This document shows, in pieces, positions 12,362 to 23,427 of a DNA stretch of 55,293 nt; positions within the stretch are counted from its first letter, which is position 1, and each line of letters opens with the position of its first letter. Position numbers and translations under genes: made by a program. This DNA is from Vezdaea acicularis (Eukaryota): positions 62,001 to 117,293 of the forward strand of contig JAPEUI010000050.1 of NCBI GenBank assembly GCA_026025075.1. The letters run 5' to 3'. A model generated the notes under the pieces. That model was not told the origin of the DNA and ran no database searches. It was given only the letters and a program-made list of their open reading frames with translations.

Positions 12362-15300
12362 ATGCTGAATAGCATAGAACAGAGCACAGTGATGTCGCAA
12401 GGAAAGATCGAAGATTGCGTCACATGGTCTGTTGAGGACTTGGGGGAGAGCTTCGGCGAGAAGGTGCCAGCATTGACAGATTTCGCTTCATCCGAACAGA
12501 AGACCGATTACTCAAGATGGAGGTTACTAGACGAGGCAGGGCGCCAGACCTGGGTATATCTTGCGACAGACGACGAAGTTAAGAAGTGGCCCCAAAGTAT
12601 AGCGGATAAATTTCATCTAGGTCTCCCAACGGTGAGAACCCTTGTCTTGCGCGCAATTACTTTGCTGAATGTACCTTCAAGGGCCTCCCGAAGCTGTCCA
12701 CCCCGACCACGCCATTAGAGTCCGCCCTAAATGGCCTTACATATTTTTCCCATCTACAACTCCCACCAGGGAACTGGGCCTGCGAGTATGGTGGTCCAAT
12801 GTTCCTCCTCCCCGGGCTGATCATATCGTCGTATATCACGAATACGCCCATACCGGAGACGCATGCAATTGAGATAAAAAATTATCTATTCGCACGACAA
12901 AACGAAGATGGGGGTTGGGGCTTACATATTGAAGGTCCAAGTACAGTATTCGGGACATCTATGAACTACGTCGTCATGCGCTTGCTGGGTGAAGATGCGG
13001 ACCATCCACAGATGGTGAGGGCAAGGGGGACGCTGCATAAACTTGGGGGCGCTGTGTATGGACCGCATTGGTCAAAGTTCTGGCTGAGCGTGCTGGGTGT
13101 TGCGGAATGGGATATCGTTAATCCAATGCCACCAGAATTATGGTAAGGTTATGAACACTTCGCACGAAGAGCGCATGTCCTTCTCGCACTGTCTCACCAT
13201 GTATCTGCTAACACTCTGTTCAAGGCTTCTTCCAGACTGGGTCCCAATAGCACCGTGGCGATGGTGGATCCACATGCGCCAGGTTTTCCTACCAATGTCC
13301 TTCATCTATTCACATCGTTTCACCTTTCCCTTGACCCCTTTGACACGTCAGCTCCGTGACGAGCTCTACACTCAGCCCTACGACTCTATCGACTTTCTGG
13401 CACATCGAAACAGCATCTCGTGGACAGATAACTTCCATCCGAAAACCTGGGTTCTGAACCTCGTCAACTGGATATTGGTCAACATCTGGAACCCTTATCT
13501 GAGAACGAAAGCTATAGCGAAGAGAGGGGAAGACTGGACCTGGTGGCTCATTCAGCAAGAGGACGAAAATACCGACTTCTCTAATCTTGGACCTGTTAAT
13601 GCGCCTATAAATCTACTTTGTTGCTACATCAAAGACGGAGAAGGGAGCTACAGCGTAAAAAGACACCGCGAGCGCTTGTACGACTTCCTTTGGATGAAGA
13701 ACGAAGGAATGCTCATGAATGGCACGAATGGCGTACAAACATGGGATACCGCTTTCCTGGTCCAAGCAGTAGTCGATGCTGGATTTGCTACGGACCCGAA
13801 GTGGAAGGATATGCTCTTGGGCGCCCTTCGCTTCCTTGAGGACCAGCAGATCCGTGCTGACTGCCCCGAGCAAGCCAAGTGCTATCGGCAAAGGCGTAAG
13901 GGAGCTTGGGCATTCAGCACCAAAGATCAAGGGTATACAGTCAGCGACTGTACATCTGAAGCGATGAAAGCAGTGATGATGCTCCAACGTCTCCCTGGTT
14001 TCCCGACACTTGTCTCTGATCAGCGCCTTGAAGACGCAATCGATACGCTCCTTACGATGCAGAATCCCTCGGGAGGGTTTGCGTCGTATGAGCCTACGCG
14101 AGGTTCTAAGTACCTCGAATGGCTCAATGCAGCAGAAGTGTTCGGACGAATCATGATCGAGTACGATTACCCCGAATGCTCAACCGCAGTCGTCACTGCG
14201 CTCTCACTCTTTTCGAAGTACTATCCCAACTACCGGCGAGCGGAGATCGATAGGATCAAGTTGCGCGCAGTGGATTACATTCGCAGAGCGCAACGTCCAG
14301 ATGGGAGTTGGTACGGAAGCTGGGGCGTCTGCTTCACGTATGCCGGGATGTTCGCGATAGAGAGCTTGCGCAGTGTAGGTGAAACTTACGAGAATAGTGA
14401 GCGAGTAAGGAGAGCATGCGAGTTCTTCTTGGGGAAGCAAATGGAAGACGGCGGCTGGGGCGAGAGCTACAAGGTACTTCTCTTCCCCTACCGCGGCGTA
14501 ACGCATCGCATTCTGATAATGTCCCGCCTCGAATAGGCCTGCGAAACAGGCGTCTGGACCGATCACGAACAATCGCAGATCGTGAACACGGCATGGGTCT
14601 GCATTGCGCTCATGGAAGCAGAGTACCCGCATAAAGCGCCCATCGAGCGCGGCCTGAAGATGATCATGTTGCGACAGGCTGAGGACGGTAGCTGGCCACA
14701 AGGAGCCATCGAGGGGGTCTTCAACAAGAGCTGGTAAGTCGCATTTTCTTTACTTGTAACCCGACCGCTCCAGGCTGGCCCCAGAGATCTCAAGAATCGA
14801 TCTACAGAATAGACAATGCCTCGGAGAAGTCAACGAGTAGGGTTTGTTGGTGCCCGTCCGCCCACCATTGATCAGTTGGTTATCGGCATGCTCATCGCAG
14901 AGCGCGGCAGACACTCATAATCGGTGTCGACCAATCACACTTGGCCGACTTGCTCGTTTCTAGTAAGAATCCGATCGAAAATTTGCGGTTATAAGCAATG
15001 TCAGTTCTTCAGTCAGTACATTCGACCATAGGTATCGGAATACTGGGCATCCCGTCCGCTCTGCCATACATAAGCCGATAACCGACTGATTAGTAGTTGG
15101 GTGGGTGACCACCAGCGAATCCCAGTTGTTGAATGTTTTTGGCTTTTCTCTTTGGTCGTCATTTTTCATTGCCAATCTCATCTGGAAACCTCCAAACAGG
15201 ACCCTTGGCTTTTTTGGAGTGAGCACATCACTTGAGGACTGTCGTGAGATAATTCTTGGTCCTAGCAGAATCGTCGCTGGGTCGGGGACGAAGCGAGTTT

Positions 15301-15425
15301 TTTTGAGTAGGCGAGCTAACCGCGTGGAAAATAGCATGATCTCCTACCCGAACTATAAATTCATCTTCCCCATCAAGGCACTGGGCATGTTCGCAAGAAT
15401 ATGGGGAGAGGACGGTAGCTCATAA
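12362..15425 (+). CDS. ERG7: Lanosterol synthase (oxidosqualene cyclase), 5 exons; last intron 14734-15334
   Basis: Motifs [21 protein letters not shown] repeats ([31 protein letters not shown]), [10 protein letters not shown] and catalytic VSDCTSE. Splice TG|gtaagt...gctaac...atag|C joins NKSC to [17 protein letters not shown]. Confidence 0.97.
14830..14928 (-). pseudogene. Degenerate inverted (antisense) copy of the 5S rRNA sequence inside the ERG7 intron
   Basis: By hand alignment, 14830-14904 matches the reverse complement of 15057-15132 at 54/76 positions. This includes a 16/17 run (ATCAGTTGGTTATCGGC vs ATCAGTCGGTTATCGGC) and GCAGAGCG. A weaker match continues to about 14928. Confidence 0.7.
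14990..14994 (+). promoter_or_regulatory. TATA element about 28 bp upstream of the 5S rRNA gene
   Basis: TATAA at the position expected for dispersed filamentous-fungal 5S genes. Confidence 0.55.
15018..15136 (+). rRNA. 5S rRNA: 5S ribosomal RNA gene (dispersed copy), nested in the last intron of ERG7
   Basis: 119 nt, ACATTCGACCATAGG...CCCGTCCGCTC...TAGTAGTTGGGTGGGTGACCACCAGCGAATCCC...GTTGAATGT, matching Pezizomycotina 5S. Helix I (ACAUUCGAC/GUUGAAUGU) and helix II (GGUAUCGG/CCGAUAACC) pair. A T-run follows. Confidence 0.96.
15136..15140 (+). terminator. RNA polymerase III oligo-T terminator of the 5S gene
   Basis: TTTTT directly at the 5S 3' end, with further T-runs downstream. Confidence 0.75.
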
Positions 15426-15757
15426 GGGTACTTATGGCGGTTTCAAGGGATGTACGAGCGACGTGCATCTCATCCTCATAGGGACGCTGCCATGGAGAGC
15501 CTTCGACCGTGAGCACTTAAAGAATTATCAGTAAGACGAAGACAGGTGAAATGATTCAAGGCGACGTGATAGACTTAGAAGTTTTAGATATGCTTGGGCT
15601 TTCGAACACTAGCTATAGATCAGCCTCTTCGGCTCTTGCTAACTAGAAGACGCTTAATATCAAACTCCAGCATGTATGCTCACAAATCGGAGTCCATACT
15701 GAATCCTCCCTTACATCTTCTGAGCTCCCTGATCCCCTATCTGCGCCAATTGACTAT

Positions 15758-16999
15758 TTACTCTCCCCATCCCTTCGCCTCCATCCCGTCCGGGGGGCTG
15801 GTCTCCACCTTCCCCTTTCCCACATCCGCCCAGTTCGTACTCAGCGCCGTCCCGTTACTCTCCTGGAAGCTTTTCATCATCGCACGCCTTGTGTCCGGAT
15901 CTGCATCTTTGTATATCTTCTTGAAGAAAGCACTGGCCGGGTCGCCGCTCTCGTCGTCATCCTCGAGAGGGTTTGAGGCGGTTGGGGGAGCGTTAGGGTC
16001 AGATGTTTCTTGGGGTAAGGACGCTTCGAGCGGGAGGGTATCCCAGTTCTTGGGGCCTTTGCGGGAGGAGGTTGGGTAGGAGGGAGGCTTATCTAGGGAA
16101 GTTGTTGCTTGTGGAGTGGAGGTAGTGGAAGGAGCGGTGGTGATAATGGTAGAGTCAAAGGAGGAGGATTCGAGAGCGTGCCATTTCGTACCTGCTTGGC
16201 TCTTCTTGAGGACGATCTCGATCTTGGTAGAGAGCACTTTGCTTGTCGAGGCTGTAGGGTCGATAGGGTGCGCCAGAGGGGTGAGCGTAAAGTCGTAATC
16301 TGTACTTGTATTTGAGGGGAGGGGAAAGTTGACGCTGAGGGAGTTGGCTTGGATGTCAATGCTAGTCTTCTCCTTACTGACCCCTTTTACGAAGAGGGAG
16401 ATCACCACGTCGGTAGGGGTTTGGTACCATTCGTGTCGAACTTTCGTTGAGGCTGTGGCTGATGGTGTTTCCGAGGCTGTAGTAGTTGTGGTGTTCTTCT
16501 CAGCGACCTTTTCTATAGGCTTGTCATCCGGTATCTCCTTCACCTCCTTTGTATCAACTTCCATTTTCCCCTCCGTCGCCTCCTTCACCTTCCTCTCCCA
16601 AATCTCGAACCCTGATACACCCTTGATGCCCTGCGCGCCGTAGTTCTGATGAGCTACATCTCCAGGCTTCCAGCCCCCACCCATGCGTTTCACGAACTCG
16701 AAGACGGTCTTGGCTTCCCATATCTTGCCAGAGCCGAAGAGGGCGATTCCCCGTCGCATCTGGGCTTGGGCGATCAGCTCTTTGTTGCCGCGCTTGTGGG
16801 CCAGGACCACCGCATGCTCGGCGTCGGCAAGAGCAAGGTCGTGGGAAGGTGGTTTCAAGCGCTGATATGCGGTTGAGCGCTTAATGTAGTAGTCTACCGC
16901 AGTTGGTATTTGAGCAATAGCGGAGGTATAGAGCTCGATAGCTTTGGGATAGTCGGAGATGGAGATGGCAGCCGCGCCTTGCGATGCTAGGGTTGCCAT
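15758..16999 (-). CDS. SGT1: SGT1 Hsp90 co-chaperone (TPR-CS-SGS)
   Basis: N-terminal TPRs, CS domain (VRHEWYQT...SKVLSTKIEIVLKK) and SGS domain (YPTSSRKGPKNWD, FFKKIYKDADPDTRRAMMKSFQESNGTALSTNW). Confidence 0.96.
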   Translation of the reverse strand: MATLASQGAAAISISDYPKAIELYTSAIAQIPTAVDYYIKRSTAYQRLKPPSHDLALADAEHAVVLAHKRGNKELIAQAQMRRGIALFGSGKIWEAKTVFEFVKRMGGGWKPGDVAHQNYGAQGIKGVSGFEIWERKVKEATEGKMEVDTKEVKEIPDDKPIEKVAEKNTTTTTASETPSATASTKVRHEWYQTPTDVVISLFVKGVSKEKTSIDIQANSLSVNFPLPSNTSTDYDFTLTPLAHPIDPTASTSKVLSTKIEIVLKKSQAGTKWHALESSSFDSTIITTAPSTTSTPQATTSLDKPPSYPTSSRKGPKNWDTLPLEASLPQETSDPNAPPTASNPLEDDDESGDPASAFFKKIYKDADPDTRRAMMKSFQESNGTALSTNWADVGKGKVETSPPDGMEAKGWGE

Positions 17000-17283
17000 G
17001 GTGGGAAGGCTTCGAGAGATTCTGCGAAATGTAGGGAAATATAGGGGTCTTTCAGGTGGACAGATCCAAATTCAGAGGATCTACTGATCTGGCCCTAGAT
17101 ACATGGTGGTAACTTGGCTGGGAAGGTGTTTAGGCAGAAGCCAAAAACCTTAAGCCACGTTTGGCTTGAAGTTCGAGAAGGGCGGAACGACCCCGCCCCC
17201 ACCAAAGGAAAATTGTGGAACATTCTCCGCCCTGGCTTGACCATCCTATCATCGCACAGGTCGGAACCTCATGTCTGCACGCA

Positions 17284-18663
17284 ATGGAGCAATCCCAAGC
17301 TCCAGCACCAAGTCAGAGCAGGCTAAAGCCTTTGAAGACAATACTAGAAGTCAATCCGCCAAAGGAGACAGGTGTGTACTCCAGTCGGCACTCAGCCATG
17401 CCGCGTCTGACACAAGCACATAGTAATTTGAGCAGTGGAGGTATACGTCTTCAGGATCCCTACCAACTGCGCACAATCTGTGATCAAGTAGTCAACTAAG
17501 TAACCCTGTATATAGACTATTGTTGATTATTCTATAGAGCTTTTGATGCGTCCCTCCCTGAACCTCAAATAGACCTCCACCATCTCCGCCGCATTTCCAC
17601 CTCTAAGCATCTACCCCCACACCTACGCTCAGAATGGGTGTGTCCACGCCATGTTACTATATCTCAAGAACTGTTCGCGAACTCGCTCTTTCTTCTCGCC
17701 GCCCCAACGAGCACAATCTCGGAAGCAACCCTCCTTGAGCTGCTCAAATCGATTGTTCCTCACGATAGTCATTACGACCACTACACCATACCTGTACCTC
17801 TTTATGCACCAACATCTGAGCTCCAAGCAGAAGAGCTCTCTGAAAAATATTGGCCGACAGTCTACAAGCGTAACAATCCCTTCGGTCCCCACCCAAGCAT
17901 CGTCTCTCGAACCCAGGAGGAGCTGGAGCCATGGGTCGCAAGATGGATGGAAATCGCTGCACGCGTTGCGCTGTATTCTGGGAGTTCTTTGATTGGGGAA
18001 AAAGTGGGCGTCGTAATATCTCAAGAGCTTAATCGTGAGCAGAAACCCATCGTAACAGCAGGAGACGCGCGGTGGTACAGCAATAAGAACAGGGAAGGGC
18101 CTGGCAATGTCATGGGTCATGCCACCATGCGCGCCATAGGCATGATAGCACGAAAGCGTCGCATTCTCGCAGGTGATGAGCAAAAGCCTGACTACCCTTC
18201 TTCGCGGAACTCGGACCCTGAAGTAATTGACAACGCTTCCTTAGATGAGCCAATGACCTCGGAAGAGAGGTCTATATTTCAATCGACAAATTTAGCCCCT
18301 GAGGGGTATCTGTGCACTGATCTAGACATCTTTCTGACGCACGAACCTTGTGTGATGTGTTCCATGGCCATCTTACATTCTAGGTTCCGACGAATAGTTT
18401 TTGGAAAGCGAATGCCTAAGACCGGGGGAATGACGGCAGATTTTAGTGATTCCAATGTGTTGCCGGAGCTGGGGGGCATCACTCATCCTGGCCCTGCCGT
18501 ATCAGGTAAAGTTCCACAACAATCAGATACACGGCGAGCCGACAAAAGATATGGGATGTTCTGGCGGAATGAGCTGAACTGGAAATTACTAGCCTGGGAA
18601 TGGGTTGGAACCGATAAAAATTTCGAAGCTGAGATGAGAATCGATGACGATATACACGCTTGA
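17284..18663 (+). CDS. TAD3: tRNA-specific adenosine-34 deaminase, non-catalytic subunit Tad3, 3 exons
   Basis: Spliced N-terminus gives DLHHLRR. Further motifs YWPT, HATMRAI (catalytic Glu absent), GYLCTDL, HEPCVMCSMAILHSRF and LNW. Confidence 0.92.
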
Positions 18664-18825
18664 TATTCTTGGTGCTAATTGTTTCCGGCGGTGCTTCCCC
18701 ACAGTCAGGAACAGCTTACTCAGGCTCACGGTCTAAGGAAATCGCTCTGGTCCGGTCCGAGCATTGCACAGGATTCCTCTCATCCTTCCCTAGTGATAGC
18801 GCAAGGCCATGGCGAGCCTCGTTCG

Positions 18826-20171
18826 CTAGATCTGCGTTCCTAGGAAAGCCCAAGCAATCGCCACAACGGCTATAGCGAACATTACGCGGAGCAAAAGCAA
18901 AACGAACATAGCTTTACGAACTAGATCGTAGTACCCATCTAACATGATGCCTACAGCACTTTCCGTCGGTACTTTATACACCATTGAACCATGGATTGAC
19001 TCAGCGGGGTCTTCATTCTTGGAGCTCTCGTCCACATTAAGAGACGTGTGGCCTTCAACCATAGAAAGAGAACGTTGCTTGTGCTTTCGGAATTTATAAG
19101 TCACAGCCCATACGACGAAGCGAGCATCGAAAGGTGTGAAAGTCGGGTACGTCCAGAGCTTGAGCGCATCATGGGCCGGTAGAAGCTGGAGGAAGTCTCC
19201 GATAATACCAAGTGTTAAGCCCCAGAGCAATAGTCTGGCCTTTGGATCTGTGGATTCCGTGTAAGGGGATAGCTGAAAGGACTTTCTCATCTGCTTCTCT
19301 GCATAATTCAAGCGATGGTGGTAGCCAATACTCGAATAAAGTGTTTCCGATGGTATGAGACATACTGCGGCAAAGAGCATCTGGCCTAGGAATGCTCGGA
19401 GTAACTTCCGCGCTACCGGACCGCCTCGTCTTGCGAGTCGATCTGCAACGTCTACATGCTCGTAGGTCCGAAGAGAAGATGACAGAAGGGCGGATATTGG
19501 GACCCAGTGAGCGGAGGCTACCTCACTTGGTTGCAGTCTCAAGGGCAGATGAGTTGGGCGGGTCAATACAAATACAAACGGATTCAGAACCATCAGGCTA
19601 GCTCAAAATTAGCTTTGGAAATATTACAGGACGAGTTTCATCTCGAAGGAAGATTTACTAACGGGACTTTTCCCCATGAAGCTGTTACCACCCTCCCTGG
19701 CAAATTGCCAACGTAAATGGCGTTATGCCCATCTAAACGTAACCCTACCTCTTCAGCAGCTTCTCTCGTGGACGTCTCCAGATCATCTTCATCTTCTGGA
19801 TCCCGCTGGCCACCAGGCAGAGCTACATGGTTATTCCATCGATCACTTGTTCGGGCAGCTCTCTTAATGAAAAGTATTTCAGGATCCGCAGTCTGCACCC
19901 AAGGAAGTCCGAAGAATTGTCTTAGAGAGTGTGCTCTTTGCCCTTTTGCCGACTCATCTTTCTGATCGGACTGCCATGATATCTCATGTTTTGGCCAGTT
20001 CCTGTAATGTGGATGAAGCCGGATGATAAGCGCTACCGAAGCACGTTTCGGGCAGCCTGGCGGACTCGCTATTTCGGGGCATGGGTGTGCGTAGATGTTG
20101 AGCAGGACATCTCGAAGGTCCGCAGTGAGTTGAGATGGCGCGACGGACCTGTTGCGTCCTCTGTTGGACAT
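18826..20171 (-). CDS. NUDIX hydrolase with C-terminal TM anchor, 2 exons
   Basis: Motifs KRASVALIIR and EILFIKRA, Nudix box GGQRDPEDEDDLETSTREAAEEVG, LQPSEVASAHWVP and LLWGLT. Hydrophobic C-terminus. Confidence 0.88.
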
Positions 20172-20528
20172 CCAGGCGGTCGCCTTGAAAATTATGAGGT
20201 TCAGTTGAGAAATTTGTAGATTCGACTGGCGATCTTACTTCCAGTAAGCCGAGGTGATCCAGTTGGCTCTCCAGGGTTCGTGGTGCCCGTGGCTTTATCC
20301 GGTTAGCGCCGAAGTGGAAGTCTCCAGTTAAAATACGCGGACTGGAATGTGGGGTTTTCACTGGGCAGAAAGTCTATTTGCTTGCTGGTAGCTCTAAGAG
20401 GTCAATGGGTGGAGCTCGGCTGCAGTGGGGCATCACGGACCTCTCCTCGACGCATCCGCTTCATTTACATCACTTTAGCACGACAACAATACATCTCTGA
20501 TCCTTGAGGCAAAGGCTGCAGGCCCAAC

Positions 20529-22999
20529 ATGCGTTTTGGAAAAACCCTTCGTACTTCTATCTATCCGCCGTGGAAGGATCACTATATAGAGTATTCAAAG
20601 CTTAAGAAGCTCCTGCGAGAGGAGAAGGCGGCATCTTCACCGAGCTCAGCAACACCCGACACCAAGGATGTAGATGCTGATGAGTGGACTGAAGAAGACG
20701 AGAGGGTTTTTGCGGAGGAATTGCTTGGGGCCCAGCTGGAGAAAGTGAATAATTTTCAGTCTTCGACATACCAGAACCTCCGCGATCGTACCTCGCGATG
20801 CGAGGCTGAATTAGAGAAAGTAGCCGACAACGGCAAAGACAGTGGGGAGCAAAAGCAAGGCCTGATATCTGCAGACGCAAGGAAGAAGCTACTAGAAGAT
20901 GTCCAACAGCAGTTGGACAGCATCACCAAGGAGACGAATGAGCTGGAAAAGTATAGTCGGATTAACTTTACGGGTTTCCTTAAGGCAGTCAAGAAACATG
21001 ATAGGAAAAGAGGATCTAATTATAAACTCAGACCCGCGCTCCAAGTAAGGCTTGGTACATTGCCCTTCAACTCGGAGGACTACTCGCCCCTTCTCTTCCG
21101 ATTATCTGCGATGTACTCTTACGTGAGGGAGAATCTGAGTGGGGATGCACCACCTCATCCCCCTCCTCCGGAAATCCAAGTTCACCCAGGAGTGGACACA
21201 TACACTTCCCAGAAATTCTGGGTGCATCCTGACAACCTGATGGAAGTCAAGACGTACATTCTCCGGAGACTTCCAGTTCTTGTATATAACCCGCAATCAT
21301 CGAAGTTTGCTGAAAGTTCGCAGAACGACCCAACCATTACTTCCATATATTTTGATGATCCCGAATTTTCTCTATATACCCAAAAAGTTGATCGCGCAAC
21401 AGATGCCTCCTCGCTCCGTTTACGATGGTTTGGACAGCTCAGAGGAGATATCGAGCCGGAGATAATGCTCGAGAAGAAGACTATTGCGGGGGATGAAAGT
21501 AGCGAGGAGCGCTTTCCCATAAAGAACAAATACATTATGCCGTTCATCAAAGGCGAGTATAAGATGGAGAAGACGATTCAAAGGATGCAGGATAGGAAGG
21601 GCTCGAGAAGCGGAGTTGACAAAATTGACCAATATGAGAAGACCGTGGACGATATTCAGAAGCTCATCCAGTCGAAAGGCCTCCAACCAGTCCTAAGAGC
21701 CAATTATGCACGGACAGCTTTCCAGATACCCGGTGATAGTCGTGTGAGGGTATCACTAGACACGAATGTTGCACTAATTCGAGAAGATGCTCTAGATGAG
21801 GATCGGCCATGCCGTGATCCTGAGAAATGGCACAGATCTGACATAGACGACGCTAAGATGGAATACCCGTTCTCAGCCATCAACAAGGGTGAAGTTGTGC
21901 GCTTTCCATACGCTCTTCTAGAGATCAAAACTCGTGATGGTGCTCGTAAGAAGAACGATTGGGTCTCCGAGCTGATGAACTCACATTTGGTAAAAGAAGC
22001 CCCCCGTTTCTCAAAATTTGTCCATGGGGTCGCAACATTGTTCGAAGATTACGTGAACAGCTTCCCTTTCTGGCTCAGCGAGGTCGACAAGGACATAAGG
22101 AAAGACCCAGATGAAGCTTTTGTGGAAGAACAGGAAAGAAAAGCGAAACAAGCGCAGGACGAACTCGCGGTGGGAAGCTTCATCGGATCCAAAGGAAGTC
22201 CAGCTTTCAACAAAGCAATCGGCTCCCCAGTTGGTAAAGCCCATCATTTGGCAAGCAGTCCTCGTAGCGCATCACAAATCTCGCACAAATCTTCGAGCGC
22301 CAAATTGCCTGCCAAACCTCGGCCAGAAGTAGTAGAAGAGGACTCCGATGAGGAAGAAGTGCCCTCTCACACCGAAGCTGTATCGAAAGGGCTTCAGTCG
22401 ATGTTTCCCATGTTCACGTCGAAATACGGGCGTTCTCATCAGTACGGAGGCGTTCAATTACCTCCAGGGGTGAGACACCCCGGGCAGCTTATCAAAGATT
22501 CGGGACCAGTACGGGTAGAGCCAAAGGTATGGCTAGCAAATCAACGGACTTTCATCAAGTGGCAGCACATATGCGTTCTCCTTGCTTCGTTATCACTTGC
22601 TCTTTATAACTCAGCCGGCAAAGACAATGATATTGCCCGGAGCCTAGCAATTGTCTATACCCTTATAGCTGTTTTTGCTGGAGTGTGGGGGTGGTCTTTA
22701 TATATATACCGGAGCACATTAATAAGAGAAAGGAGTGGCAAGGACTTGGACAGCTTGTGGGGTCCAATCATAATATGCATTTCCCTCGTTGCGGCTTTAT
22801 GTTTAAACTTTAGCCTCAAGGTAAACACCTAAACAGCCGGAGATTCTAGTGGGATGCTAACTGAGGGGGGTGTTTTTAGTACCAAGCTGTCCTTCAAAAC
22901 AGGGAAGCATCTAAGAACCAGATGATACCCTCTAGCAACACAACGGCAACGGTCCCTAATATTGCTTCAGAAGCTCTTAGGATGCTAAAGCAATCCTAA
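20529..22999 (+). CDS. VTC2: Vacuolar transporter chaperone subunit Vtc2/Vtc3 (SPX-VTC-DUF202)
   Basis: SPX domain (MRFGKTL...YIEYSKLKK, NFTGFLKAVKKHD), VTC domain (KFWVHPDNLMEVKTYILRRLP, FPYALLEIK) and VEPKVWLANQRTF plus 3 TM. A short last exon follows intron 22821-22879. Confidence 0.93.
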
Positions 23000-23427
23000 C
23001 GACCGAGTGGTGGGAATTATTGAAGAGAACTAGGGGGGGTGAATTGAAGGCTCTCTAGTTTGCACTCCCTTTCTGGCCTTAGAAAAGGCTGGGCCCTTCG
23101 CTGAGAGTCAGGTAGAAATCAAATACACGAGTCACAACGCATATTAAAATTAGCAGTCGCATTCATAAAATGATTTCATTGAGCCATATGATATAGCAGA
23201 GGCGATCTCAGATCCGAAAGAGTAGCTCCATGGTATCATGCAGACCCGTACTTGCTAAAAGACCAGCGCCTCGCTTTTCTTTGCAAGAGACATAGAGTGA
23301 GCAGCATCAAATGCAATCTTCCAGGAAGCAGCCGCCATTCAATTCAACACCATTGTCAACACCGTCGTAGCTCATGAGTCTCAAGCAGATTAGCCTCCCG
23401 TGGATGGTCCATACTGTCGATAATGAT

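Noticed and set aside
14960..15337. 125-aa minus-strand ORF in the ERG7 intron
   Set aside because: It is the antisense reading of the 5S gene and its flanks.
12362..15425. Triterpene secondary-metabolite cluster around the cyclase
   Set aside because: The neighbours are housekeeping genes (SGT1, TAD3) with no P450s or transferases, which fits primary ERG7.
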